A stretch of DNA of 64,000 nucleotides, taken from positions 33,977-97,976 of the forward strand of contig CAMVOL010000003.1 in NCBI GenBank assembly GCA_947169105.1. The letters are read 5' to 3'. The notes under the pieces are model-generated. The model saw only the letters and a program-made list of their open reading frames with translations. It did no database searches and was not told the DNA's origin. This DNA comes from an uncultured Bacteroidales bacterium. GTDB lineage: Bacteria; Bacteroidota; Bacteroidia; Bacteroidales; WCHB1-69. Made by a program: the position numbers and the translations under genes. Positions 46,162 to 55,491 of the stretch are shown here, in pieces; within the stretch, counting starts at the first letter, position 1; every line of letters begins with the position of its first letter.

Positions 46162-48768
46162 ATGGGAAAACAGGCGGAAACACCGTTAATGAAGCAGTAC
46201 AATCAGTTCAAGGCAAAGTACCCTGATGCTATTCTGTTGTTCCGGGTCGGTGACTTTTATGAAACTTTCGGGGAGGATGCCGTGAAGACCTCCCAAATTC
46301 TGGGAATTGTGCTGACCAAGCGGTCTAACGGGGCTGCCGCCGACCAGGATCTTGCCGGTTTCCCGCACCATGCACTCGACACCTACCTTCCAAAACTGGT
46401 CCGCGCCGGTTACCGCGTGGCCATCTGCGACCAGTTGGAAGACCCGAAACTCACTAAAACGCTCGTCAAACGCGGCATCACCGAACTGGTTACCCCCGGC
46501 ATCGCCACCAATGACAAGATTCTGGAACAGAAAGAGAACAACTTCCTCGGGGCTATTCACTACGACAGCACCTGTAGCGGCATCGCTTTCGTAGATGCTT
46601 CCACTGGTGAATTTTATCTTGCGGAAGGCAATAACGAATACATTGACAAGCTGTTACAGAATTTTAAGCCTGCCGAAATGGTTATCCAGAAAGGGAAAGT
46701 ACAGGAGTTCCGCGAACATTTCGGCGAAAAAATCCTGCTTACTACGTTCGAAGACTGGGTTTTCACTTCCGATTATACCGTCCCTCTTCTGACCCAGCAT
46801 TTCCAGACAAACTCATTGAAGGGTTTCGGTATCGAAAACCTGACCAAAGGCATCATTGCCGCTGGCGCCGCCCTCCACTACCTCAGCGAAACACAGAACC
46901 ACAAAGTACAGCATATCAACAAGTTGAACCGTATTGAAGAGGAACATTATGTCTGGCTCGACCGTTTTACCATCCGGAATCTGGAGCTTATCCACTCCGC
47001 CAACGAAAACGCGGTGACATTGCTGCAAATCCTTGACAAGACGCTCACTCCGATGGGCGGACGTCTTCTCAAAAAGTGGATTCTGATGCCGCTGAAGGAG
47101 AAAATGCTGATTGAGGAACGGCTTTCCGTCGTCAATTTTCTTATTGAAAATGAGGATTTTAAGAATGAAATTGAATCTTTCATCCGCTCCATTGGCGACT
47201 TGGAACGCATCGGTTCAAAGATAGCCACAGGAAAAGTAAATCCCCGCGAGCTTCTCCAGTTGGCGCGGGCACTCCACTCCATCACCGCCCTTCAGAAACT
47301 TTGTGCAGCACAACAGCAACCCGCCCTCAACAAGATGGCAGAACAGCTGAATCCGTGCCAATCCGTATGCAAACGCATTGAAAATGAGATAAGTGAAGAT
47401 GCACCCGTGGCCATCAACAAAGGACGAATTTTCAAGAAAGGAGTGGATGCCGAATTGGACGAACTCACCTCACTGTCGCAGAACAGCAAGGCCATTCTGG
47501 CGGAAATCCAGCGACGCGAAACCGAAAAAACGGGCATCACTTCCCTCAAAATCGGATTCAACAATGTGTTCGGCTATTACTTGGAGGTGACCAACGCCCA
47601 CAAGGACAAGGTGCCCGCCGAGTGGATCCGCAAACAAACCCTCACCAACGCCGAACGCTATATTACAGAGGAACTTAAAGAACTCGAAAGCAAGATTCTA
47701 GGTGCGGAGGACAAAATCCTCAGCATCGAAACGCGCCTATTTAACGAGTTGGCACTTTCCCTCATCGACTACATTCCGATGATCCAGACGGATGCCCGAA
47801 TAGTCGCCCGAATTGATGTACTTTCTTGTTTTTCAACTATTTCCAAAGAAAACCAGTATATCCGACCCGTCATCGACGACAGCACCGTCATCGACATCAA
47901 AGGTGGCCGTCACGCGGTGATTGAGACACAGCTGCCTCCGGGAGAATCGTACATCTCCAATGATGTCTATCTTGATAATGAGAAACAGCAGATCATCATC
48001 ATCACTGGACCCAACATGTCGGGTAAGTCGGCGCTGCTACGGCAAACAGCGCTGATTGTGCTGATGGCGCAGATGGGTTGCTACGTGCCTGCCGACAGCG
48101 CCCGCATCGGCGTGGTGGACAAGATCTTCACCCGCGTCGGGGCATCGGACAACATCTCCACCGGTGAATCCACTTTTATGGTGGAGATGAACGAAACCGC
48201 CAGCATTCTCAACAACATCTCCAACCGAAGTCTCGTGCTTTTGGACGAAATCGGCAGAGGTACAAGTACTTACGATGGTGTTTCCATCGCATGGGCGATT
48301 GCCGAATACTTGCACGAACATCCCCTGCATCGCGCCAAAGTGCTGTTTGCCACCCACTATCACGAATTGAACGATATGGCGGCACAGTTCAAACGAATTA
48401 AAAACTACCATGTTTCCGTCAAAGAAGTAAACAATAAAATCCTGTTTTTAAGGAAGTTAAAAGAAGGAGGAAGTGAACACAGTTTCGGTATCCATGTGGC
48501 GCGGATGGCCGGAATGCCCCAACAGGTGCTGAAACGCGCTGACGAGGTTCTGAAACAGTTGGAAGAAAGTCACGGCAGCAAGGAGGAACGTTCCATCAAG
48601 AAGAAACCCGCCCAAGCCGGCTACCAGCTCAGCTTCATCAATCTGGACGACCCGCTGCTGTTGGATATCAAGGATATCATTATTGATCTGGATATCAATT
48701 CATTAACGCCCGTTGAGGCCTTGATGAAATTGAACGAAATCAAGACAATGCTGACGAAAAAGAAGTAA
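46162..48768 (+). CDS. mutS: DNA mismatch repair protein MutS
   Basis: Motifs [51 protein letters not shown]. Confidence 0.98.
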   Translation: MGKQAETPLMKQYNQFKAKYPDAILLFRVGDFYETFGEDAVKTSQILGIVLTKRSNGAAADQDLAGFPHHALDTYLPKLVRAGYRVAICDQLEDPKLTKTLVKRGITELVTPGIATNDKILEQKENNFLGAIHYDSTCSGIAFVDASTGEFYLAEGNNEYIDKLLQNFKPAEMVIQKGKVQEFREHFGEKILLTTFEDWVFTSDYTVPLLTQHFQTNSLKGFGIENLTKGIIAAGAALHYLSETQNHKVQHINKLNRIEEEHYVWLDRFTIRNLELIHSANENAVTLLQILDKTLTPMGGRLLKKWILMPLKEKMLIEERLSVVNFLIENEDFKNEIESFIRSIGDLERIGSKIATGKVNPRELLQLARALHSITALQKLCAAQQQPALNKMAEQLNPCQSVCKRIENEISEDAPVAINKGRIFKKGVDAELDELTSLSQNSKAILAEIQRRETEKTGITSLKIGFNNVFGYYLEVTNAHKDKVPAEWIRKQTLTNAERYITEELKELESKILGAEDKILSIETRLFNELALSLIDYIPMIQTDARIVARIDVLSCFSTISKENQYIRPVIDDSTVIDIKGGRHAVIETQLPPGESYISNDVYLDNEKQQIIIITGPNMSGKSALLRQTALIVLMAQMGCYVPADSARIGVVDKIFTRVGASDNISTGESTFMVEMNETASILNNISNRSLVLLDEIGRGTSTYDGVSIAWAIAEYLHEHPLHRAKVLFATHYHELNDMAAQFKRIKNYHVSVKEVNNKILFLRKLKEGGSEHSFGIHVARMAGMPQQVLKRADEVLKQLEESHGSKEERSIKKKPAQAGYQLSFINLDDPLLLDIKDIIIDLDINSLTPVEALMKLNEIKTMLTKKK

Positions 48769-48822
48769 CAAGTTACAAGTTCATCAAGTTTATCAAGTTC
48801 ATCAAGTTTTTAAAGTAGAAAG
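48769..48822. repeat. Short tandem repeats (CAAGTTCAT-like 9-mers) filling a convergent intergenic gap
   Basis: CAAGTTA CAAGTTCAT CAAGTTTAT CAAGTTCAT CAAGTTTTT. Confidence 0.8.
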
Positions 48823-49632
48823 TTAGCGGACGGAAAATACGTTGTGTCCGTTGGCTTTCAACACCTCCTGTGCGGCCTGATTTTGCATAATGGCCCCGCC
48901 CCACTCGTTGAAATTGTAAACGTTTGGCTCTCTGAACCAGTTGTTTACATTCATCACCAAGATCGCTTCCTCTATTTGGGATTCTTTGATTTCCAAAGAA
49001 GAGAGCGGCAAGGAAACGAGGAAATAATTTTGGACAAAGCCCGTGACAACCCCTTCCTGATAGATTTGGCCGATGCCGGTATGGAGGCAGAAAGGCGTAA
49101 GTTCTTCATTGGTATTCAACCATTTGCCGTTGATCTGCATATAGTGATAGCCTCCACCGATAGGATCGGGCCAAGCCATATTGGCTTCCGGCGGATTCAC
49201 AAAAAAACCTGTTTTGTTCTGCACGCCATCCAACCCAAAGACAAAGGTTATAGTTTCGTATTTTCCTATAGGTAAATCATCATCCATCAACCAATTATGG
49301 GTGGACGAAATATCTGAATCGTAATAATGAACGCCATCATTTTCGGTGATGCCTACCTGTGTCCCATCAGATTTGGTCAGCACTACACGGGAGATGAAAT
49401 AGCGGACCTCGTTCACCTCGTAACGATTTCCCGCATCATTCACATAATCAAGGACGTCGTATTGTAGGGGCGTGCCGTCCACCTCGGTGGCAAAATGAAT
49501 CTGGAGGTGGCCGGTGGGGGATTGTCTGTGGCAAGAGGAAAATAATAGGAGCAGAATGAAAAGAAACCATTGTAGAGACGCGCTGCAGCACGTCTCTACT
49601 ACAGGATTTAAATATTCTTTCGGTTTTACCAT
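48823..49632 (-). CDS. MbnP-family lipoprotein (putative copper-binding)
   Basis: Lipobox LFSSC, RYFISRVVL, ITFVFGLD, MAWPDPIGGGYHYMQING, LHTG, MNVNNWF. The start overlaps the upstream stop. Confidence 0.75.
   Translation of the reverse strand: MVKPKEYLNPVVETCCSASLQWFLFILLLLFSSCHRQSPTGHLQIHFATEVDGTPLQYDVLDYVNDAGNRYEVNEVRYFISRVVLTKSDGTQVGITENDGVHYYDSDISSTHNWLMDDDLPIGKYETITFVFGLDGVQNKTGFFVNPPEANMAWPDPIGGGYHYMQINGKWLNTNEELTPFCLHTGIGQIYQEGVVTGFVQNYFLVSLPLSSLEIKESQIEEAILVMNVNNWFREPNVYNFNEWGGAIMQNQAAQEVLKANGHNVFSVR
49572..49599. repeat. GTAG-type REP palindrome inside coding sequence
   Basis: GTAGAGACGCGCTGCAGCACGTCTCTAC, with nearly the same arms as 46007-46036. Confidence 0.85.
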
Positions 49633-50180
49633 TCGTCGGTTTTTTCGACGGCAGGCTGCATACCGTCCACAAGGGAAGAGATGAGGGCCTTGATTTGTTC
49701 ATCCACCTCCTGGAGGTTGACGAAGCATTCGGGATCCCATTTTTTATCCTCGGGATTGAGCCATCGCTCGATGGGGGCGGCGGCAGTGGCCTTTTCGTTG
49801 AAATCAGTGATAGTATAACGGTAACGTCCGTCGCGGCACTGGAGCTTAAAATTGTAATAGACAATATTTTTCGTCAGTTTGGAACCGTCTTTCTGATGGG
49901 AATAGATTCGGACAGAAGAGCGGAAATCAATGACATGGTTGGTGGCATCATTGTTCTTGATGACCTCCCCGGTATTCTTATAGAAGACTTTGGCCCACTT
50001 CAGAGCGCGTTCATATAGTTCCTTTGCCGAGCCATTTTCTTGTATAACCTCCTGATAAGTAATTAGTTGTGTTTCATCATCAATAGGCATATCGGGTGCA
50101 ACGGGTGCAGAACCCTTTTTTTGGGAATAGCCGACCATAACGATGGCAAGCATAGCGACAAACAATAGAATCCTTTTCAT
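49626..50180 (-). CDS. Secreted DUF4468-like protein
   Basis: Signal peptide, ITYQEVI...ELYERALKW, CRDGRYRYTITDF, terminal DEW. Confidence 0.75.
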   Translation of the reverse strand: MKRILLFVAMLAIVMVGYSQKKGSAPVAPDMPIDDETQLITYQEVIQENGSAKELYERALKWAKVFYKNTGEVIKNNDATNHVIDFRSSVRIYSHQKDGSKLTKNIVYYNFKLQCRDGRYRYTITDFNEKATAAAPIERWLNPEDKKWDPECFVNLQEVDEQIKALISSLVDGMQPAVEKTDEW

Positions 50181-50200
50181 AACATTTTGGGTTTAATGGA

Positions 50201-50270
50201 GCGGCAAAGATACAATAAAATAGTTTATCAAGTAGCAGGTTCATCAAGTTCATAATGAAGAGTCGTCATA
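50201..50270 (-). repeat. Promoter-carrying dispersed element, copy 1 (-7 box at 50205-50212)
   Basis: 58/70 identical (ungapped) to the reverse complement of 58459-58528. Confidence 0.8.
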
Positions 50271-50309
50271 AAAAAAACGCCCTTTCGTTTTCCGAAAGAG
50301 CGTTTTTTT
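50270..50309. terminator. Bidirectional intrinsic terminator
   Basis: AAAAAAAACGCCCTTTCG-TTTTC-CGAAAGAGCGTTTTTTT. Confidence 0.85.
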
Positions 50310-50325
50310 ATTGTTGTAGAAATGA

Positions 50326-51708
50326 TTAGCGGACGATGCTGACTTTAGCGGTGGAAACTTCGTTGCCATTGACCACGCGGACGATGTAAAGACCGGCGGT
50401 GAGGTCGCTGACATTGAGGGTTTCATTAGCTTCGGCAGATTCGACGGACATCACTTCCTGACCAGCGATGTTGTAAACGAAAATCTGGGAACCGGCGGCG
50501 TTCTCAACCTTGATGTAGGTGCTGGCCGGGTTCGGGGAAACATTCAGCATGTTGGTGTTCTCAGTGATGTTGATAACGTTAAGGTCGGTAACTGTGATAC
50601 ATACGGTATTATTTTCGCTATTTGCTTCCATACATTCATAACCAGGTTGCACATTATAAGAAACTCTAGTACAGAATTCAAACGGCAGAGAAAAACCTAA
50701 TTCTTCTAATTCAGCCCAAGAAGTATAGTCAGGATCACTACCGCCATTAAATGTAAACAAAGCAAATGGTTGAGAATAACGGATATAGCCAGACTGTATG
50801 GAATCCTCTGTCAAGAAAGTATCAGCCTGCAAAAAATACACATCTTCCGAAGCACCGGGGCAGGAGATATAAGCGTCCATAAGGACATCACCTTTAAACA
50901 TATCTATACCATTGTTCGTCACCCCTAAACTGCAATAAAAAGCTTCGCCATCGGGATCGACCGCCATAGTGGTAATACGAACCGGATCATCTTCTTCCGG
51001 ATCAAGAATAGCGGGAACCAAATCGAATTGGTTAACATAAGCTTCACCATCATTGTAATAGACAGCAAGCACATACGGCATCGGTTCATATTCCTCTGCC
51101 GGGAGATCCTCATCACCAAAAACATAGTGCAGGGCAAGATCGGGGTATTGGCTTCCCACTTGGAATCTTGCATAGTTGTGGGACGCTAACTCTTCATTTG
51201 CTGTACCCAGTCCGATGTAGGCTTTGCCACCCACCTCAATACCAATACAAAGGGCTTCTCCTGCTACAACAGTGTAGGGAGTATTAAAGTCAACTCTGAC
51301 ATCGCCATTGTCGGCCGTACCAGGTTGGAAAGAAACTTGTTGGGAGAAAATCTCCTCGCCTGGTGTCAAAGCATAAGGAGATTCTGTAGCAATTGTGGGA
51401 TTCCGATACAGATGGATGGTGTACTGGGTATTCGTGCATTGGGGGGCATTATAATAATGGATAAAATATACCCTTTCAAGCGTTGAACCAACGGGAACTG
51501 CATTGGTATCTATCACCAAATAATAAACATCTCCTGCTGTTGTTCCAGCGAAGCCGGATTCCCAATCTGCAGAACCATACCAGTTTGAACGATCAATTCC
51601 ACTGAGATTTCCGAAATAATGCCCATGATCAATGGGAGACATTTTTTCTTGGGCAAAACCCATTGCTACAAAAGCAGCAAGCATTAAGAAAGTAAACAAT
51701 TTTTTCAT
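50326..51708 (-). CDS. T9SS type A CTD cargo protein of unknown function
   Basis: Likely start MKKLFTF at 51708 (-7 box at 51746-51753). CTD VSPNPAS...VYNIAGQEV...LTAGLYIVRV..KVSIVR. Confidence 0.9.
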   Translation of the reverse strand: MKKLFTFLMLAAFVAMGFAQEKMSPIDHGHYFGNLSGIDRSNWYGSADWESGFAGTTAGDVYYLVIDTNAVPVGSTLERVYFIHYYNAPQCTNTQYTIHLYRNPTIATESPYALTPGEEIFSQQVSFQPGTADNGDVRVDFNTPYTVVAGEALCIGIEVGGKAYIGLGTANEELASHNYARFQVGSQYPDLALHYVFGDEDLPAEEYEPMPYVLAVYYNDGEAYVNQFDLVPAILDPEEDDPVRITTMAVDPDGEAFYCSLGVTNNGIDMFKGDVLMDAYISCPGASEDVYFLQADTFLTEDSIQSGYIRYSQPFALFTFNGGSDPDYTSWAELEELGFSLPFEFCTRVSYNVQPGYECMEANSENNTVCITVTDLNVINITENTNMLNVSPNPASTYIKVENAAGSQIFVYNIAGQEVMSVESAEANETLNVSDLTAGLYIVRVVNGNEVSTAKVSIVR

Positions 51709-51789
51709 AATAATATATTTTAGGTTAGACATAAAATTTCCGCGGCAAAGATACACTTTTTTTCGCAAAGAACGGTCTGTGCAACAAAA

Positions 51790-53499
51790 TTAATGTTTTT
51801 TAGGAATTGCCAGCATGACCTCGTCCACCGCTTGGTAGAGGGCGGCGAGGTCACCATTGTTCTGGAGGACGGTATCGGCACGAGCGATACAGACGGAAAG
51901 ATTCTGCTTGTTCGGGTCGGTGGAGGTCATTTCGCGCCGCTCGTTCGCTAGAAAGGTCTCATAGGTGACGTGGTCGGTCTCAGAGTTGCGCAGCACGGCC
52001 CGTCGGTACCGAATCTCGGGATCCGCATCTACGGCCCAAAGCCGGAAGTTGCCTTTGGCCTGCAAAGAGTCGATTTCACCAGGGGTGCGGATGCTCTCAA
52101 TGACTGCGTCGTGCGGCTGCTGCGCCGCCCGTTCATACAGACAATCAGTGACATACGAAGGCGAGTGGGCGGCGCGCAGCTCATTGGCCACCTGCGTGAA
52201 CGAGTCGCGGTTCGGCTCCATGCCGCGGCGCAGCACCTCCTCCTTCAGGAAGTCGCGGACGGAAAAGTGGACGAAACCGTACTTCTCCTTCAGGTACTCC
52301 ACCACGGTGCCCTTCCCTGCCCCGAGCGTGCCTGTGATGCCAATAATGCGGATCGTGCAGCTTGATGATACGGCATCTATCAGATTATCAGTGATGTACT
52401 TTTGCATCTCATCCGTCATTTCGGTGTGCATCGGCAGTGACAGAACCGTGCGGCACAATTTTTCGGCCACGGGAAAATCGCCCGCCTTACATCCGAACTT
52501 CGCAAATGCCTTCTGCTCATGAATCGGCACGGGATAATAGACCATTGACGGGATGCCCGCCGCTTTCAGCTTTTCCTGCACCTGAGTCCGGTCAATAGAT
52601 TCATCCAAACAAAGGGTGAACTGGTGGAAGACGTGTGTAGTGAACGGCGCAACAGAAGGCAGGGTGATGCCCGCACAATCGGAAAGCAGGCGGCAGTAGG
52701 TAGCGGCAGCTTTCTGACGAGCGGCATTGTAACTATCCAAATATCTGAGTTTTACGTTCAAAATGGCGGCTTGGATACTGTCCAGACGGGAGTTGACCCC
52801 GACCATGTCATGGTGGTACTTCACGAAAGAGCCGTGATTGGCGATGCCGCGGAGGCGCGTGGCAATGTCGTCATCGTTGGTGAAGATGGCACCGCCGTCG
52901 CCGTAGCAGCCGAGGTTCTTGGACGGGAAGAAGGAGGTACAGCCGATGGTGCCGATGGTGCCAGCCTTGCGGCGAGAACCGTCGCGGAAAGTCACCTCCG
53001 CCCCTATCGCCTGGCAAGCGTCCTCAATGACGTAAAGTCCGTGTTTGTCAGCAATTTCCATAATCCGTTCCATATCGGCACACTGCCCGAACAGATGCAC
53101 TGGCACAATGGCTTTCGTGCGGGGCGTGATGGCTGCCTCGATTTTCGTTACATCTATATTATAAGTGTCGGGGCAAACGTCCACAAAGACGGGGGTGAGG
53201 CCGAGCAGCGCGACCACTTCCACCGTGGCGATGAAGGTGAACGGCGTGGTGATGACCTCGTCACCGGGCTGCAGATCCAGCGCCATCATTGATATCTGCA
53301 GGGCATCGGTACCGTTGCCGCAGGTGATGACGTGCCGGCAGCCCATATATTCCGCAAGGTTCTGCTGGAACTCCTTGACTATTGGCCCGTTTATAAATGC
53401 CGTTGAATCAATAACTTTTGAAATTTCGCTGTCAATTTCAGTTTTAATTTTCTGGTATTGGCCTTTGAGGTCCACCATTGAAATCGTCGGTTTTTCCAT
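51790..53499 (-). CDS. DegT/DnrJ/EryC1/StrS sugar aminotransferase fused to a C-terminal P-loop nucleotide-kinase-like domain
   Basis: NGTDAL, VHLFGQ, EDACQAIG, SFFPSKNLG (PLP Lys), NSRLD, then IIGITGTLGAGKGT in the same frame. Likely start MEKPT at 53499. Confidence 0.9.
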   Translation of the reverse strand: MEKPTISMVDLKGQYQKIKTEIDSEISKVIDSTAFINGPIVKEFQQNLAEYMGCRHVITCGNGTDALQISMMALDLQPGDEVITTPFTFIATVEVVALLGLTPVFVDVCPDTYNIDVTKIEAAITPRTKAIVPVHLFGQCADMERIMEIADKHGLYVIEDACQAIGAEVTFRDGSRRKAGTIGTIGCTSFFPSKNLGCYGDGGAIFTNDDDIATRLRGIANHGSFVKYHHDMVGVNSRLDSIQAAILNVKLRYLDSYNAARQKAAATYCRLLSDCAGITLPSVAPFTTHVFHQFTLCLDESIDRTQVQEKLKAAGIPSMVYYPVPIHEQKAFAKFGCKAGDFPVAEKLCRTVLSLPMHTEMTDEMQKYITDNLIDAVSSSCTIRIIGITGTLGAGKGTVVEYLKEKYGFVHFSVRDFLKEEVLRRGMEPNRDSFTQVANELRAAHSPSYVTDCLYERAAQQPHDAVIESIRTPGEIDSLQAKGNFRLWAVDADPEIRYRRAVLRNSETDHVTYETFLANERREMTSTDPNKQNLSVCIARADTVLQNNGDLAALYQAVDEVMLAIPKKH

Positions 53500-53514
53500 C
53501 GGTAAAAATTTGGA

Positions 53515-53568
53515 CGGCAAAAATACCATAAAATCAGTTATAAAGTTGCAGGTTCATAAAGTTCATAA
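53515..53568 (-). repeat. Promoter-carrying dispersed element, copy 2 (-7 box at 53518-53525)
   Basis: 49/54 identical to the reverse complement of 58474-58527. Confidence 0.8.
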
Positions 53569-53706
53569 AGTTTGAAAGTAGGAAAGTGGGGATATTATAA
53601 ATCTTTCAAGTGCGGGGGATACTTCCGCTGAATTTATGAATGCGAGCGTCAGCGAGCCCGAATCCGATTAATTGTTGTATTTTTGCCGCCAAATAATCCA
53701 AAGAAT

Positions 53707-54684
53707 ATGAAAAGAATTTTAGGCGTGGGTAACGCCTTGGTTGACGTGATTGTCAATCTTCCCGATGAAACGTTGTTACAGAATTTTTCTCTGCCGAAAG
53801 GTGGGATGGAAATGATTGATATTGAGCTGAAAAGAAATCTTCACGCGGCAATTTCAACAATGAAACAGAATTTGGCTTCCGGCGGCTCCACCTCGAATAC
53901 CATTCACGGACTGGCCCGCCTCGGTGCACCGGCCGGCTACATCGGAAAGGTGGGAAATGACGAAATGGGCGCTTTTTTTGAAAACGACATGAAAAAAAGC
54001 GGCATCTGCCCCCATTTGATCCACACTTCCGACCTTGACACGGGCATCGCCACCACACTGATGACGCAGGATGCGGAACGCACCTTCGCCACCTACCTCG
54101 GCGCAGCGGCTTCGATGTCACCAGAAGAAATTGACAGTGAGATATTTAAAACCTACGACTGTATCCATGTGGAGGGTTACCTCATTTTCAACCACGACCT
54201 CATCCTTGAAATTTGCAAAACGGCCAAAGCCAATGGTTTGAAAATTTCGATGGATATGGCCTCCTTCAATTTGGTGAAGGATCACCACGATTTCGTGGAG
54301 ATGCTGCTTCGCGACTATGTGGACATCCTGTTTGCCAACGAGGACGAGGCGAGCGCGTTCACCGGCAAGAGCGGCGAGGAGTCGTTGGACCTCCTTTCGC
54401 AATACTGTGAGACGTGCGTGGTGAAGCTCGGAAAACATGGCTCAGTGGCGAATGTCAAGGGACAGAAAGCTCGCATCGGGACGAGCGGTGTGAAGGCCCT
54501 TGACACGAACGGAGCGGGCGACGCCTACGCCTCCGGTTTCCTGTATGGCCTTCTAAACCAGTTCACTCCGGAAAAGACCCTGCGGCTCGCCTCCCGCATC
54601 GCCGATGAGATGATTGTAACCACCGGAGCCAAACTTTCGGACGAACAGTGGGAAAAAATCCGTAACGAAAAGGAGCTGTTTTGA
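53707..54684 (+). CDS. PfkB-family (adenosine/inosine) kinase
   Basis: GVGNALVD, GGSTSNT, GKVGNDEMG, FANEDEA, DTNGAGD. -7 box TATTTTTG at 53678-53685. Confidence 0.9.
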   Translation: MKRILGVGNALVDVIVNLPDETLLQNFSLPKGGMEMIDIELKRNLHAAISTMKQNLASGGSTSNTIHGLARLGAPAGYIGKVGNDEMGAFFENDMKKSGICPHLIHTSDLDTGIATTLMTQDAERTFATYLGAAASMSPEEIDSEIFKTYDCIHVEGYLIFNHDLILEICKTAKANGLKISMDMASFNLVKDHHDFVEMLLRDYVDILFANEDEASAFTGKSGEESLDLLSQYCETCVVKLGKHGSVANVKGQKARIGTSGVKALDTNGAGDAYASGFLYGLLNQFTPEKTLRLASRIADEMIVTTGAKLSDEQWEKIRNEKELF

Positions 54685-55475
54685 CCAGAAAAGCCAACTT
54701 CAAAATCAATCTGGGGCTTTATGTCACGGAAAAACGGGCGGACGGTTTCCATAACTTGGAGACGGTCTTCTATCCCATTGACAATGTGTGCGATACCATT
54801 GAAATTGTGCCGTCAGAAACGATGAGGTTTGAAATGACCGGCGGTGACTTTGTGACAGATCCGGAAAAAAACCTGTGTGTCAAGGCGTTCCGTCTTTTAC
54901 AGGAAAAGTATCACCTCCCAGCCGTTTCCATCCGTTTGGACAAGCAAATCCCTTCGGGAGCGGGGCTCGGCGGGGGCTCGGCCGATGCGGCGTGGGTGCT
55001 GAAGATGACGAATGAGATTTTCAACCTGCACATTTCCAATGGTTTACTGAAAGCATACGCCGCTTCACTCGGCAGCGACGTGGCCTTTTTTATTGACAAT
55101 GTACCGTCGTACGCCACAGGCAAAGGGGAAATTCTGACTCCCATTGACGTGAATTTGTCGGGAAAAGTGATTTCCGTCTTCAAGCCGGAAGTGTCGGTTT
55201 CCACGGCGGAAGCCTACGCGCACGTCACTCCCCTACCCGGCCGGCCGAGCCTTAAAAACCTGATTATGGAGCCGATTGAACGATGGAAATTCTTGATTGT
55301 CAATGATTTTGAAAAATCCATTTTTGTAAAATACCCTATTCTTTCAGACATAAAAAAGAAATATTACGATTTGGGGGCAGACTACGCCTCTCTCTCTGGA
55401 AGCGGTTCGGCTCTTTTCGCCATTGCCGACAAACCACTCAAATTGAGGACCTATTTTTCTGGTATTGATTTATAA
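54681..55475 (+). CDS. ispE: 4-diphosphocytidyl-2-C-methyl-D-erythritol kinase
   Basis: Motifs KINLGL, RADGFHNLET, KQIPSGAGLGGGSADAA, LGSDV, SGSGS. Confidence 0.95.
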   Translation: MTRKANFKINLGLYVTEKRADGFHNLETVFYPIDNVCDTIEIVPSETMRFEMTGGDFVTDPEKNLCVKAFRLLQEKYHLPAVSIRLDKQIPSGAGLGGGSADAAWVLKMTNEIFNLHISNGLLKAYAASLGSDVAFFIDNVPSYATGKGEILTPIDVNLSGKVISVFKPEVSVSTAEAYAHVTPLPGRPSLKNLIMEPIERWKFLIVNDFEKSIFVKYPILSDIKKKYYDLGADYASLSGSGSALFAIADKPLKLRTYFSGIDL

Positions 55476-55491
55476 ATGAGATAATTAAAAG

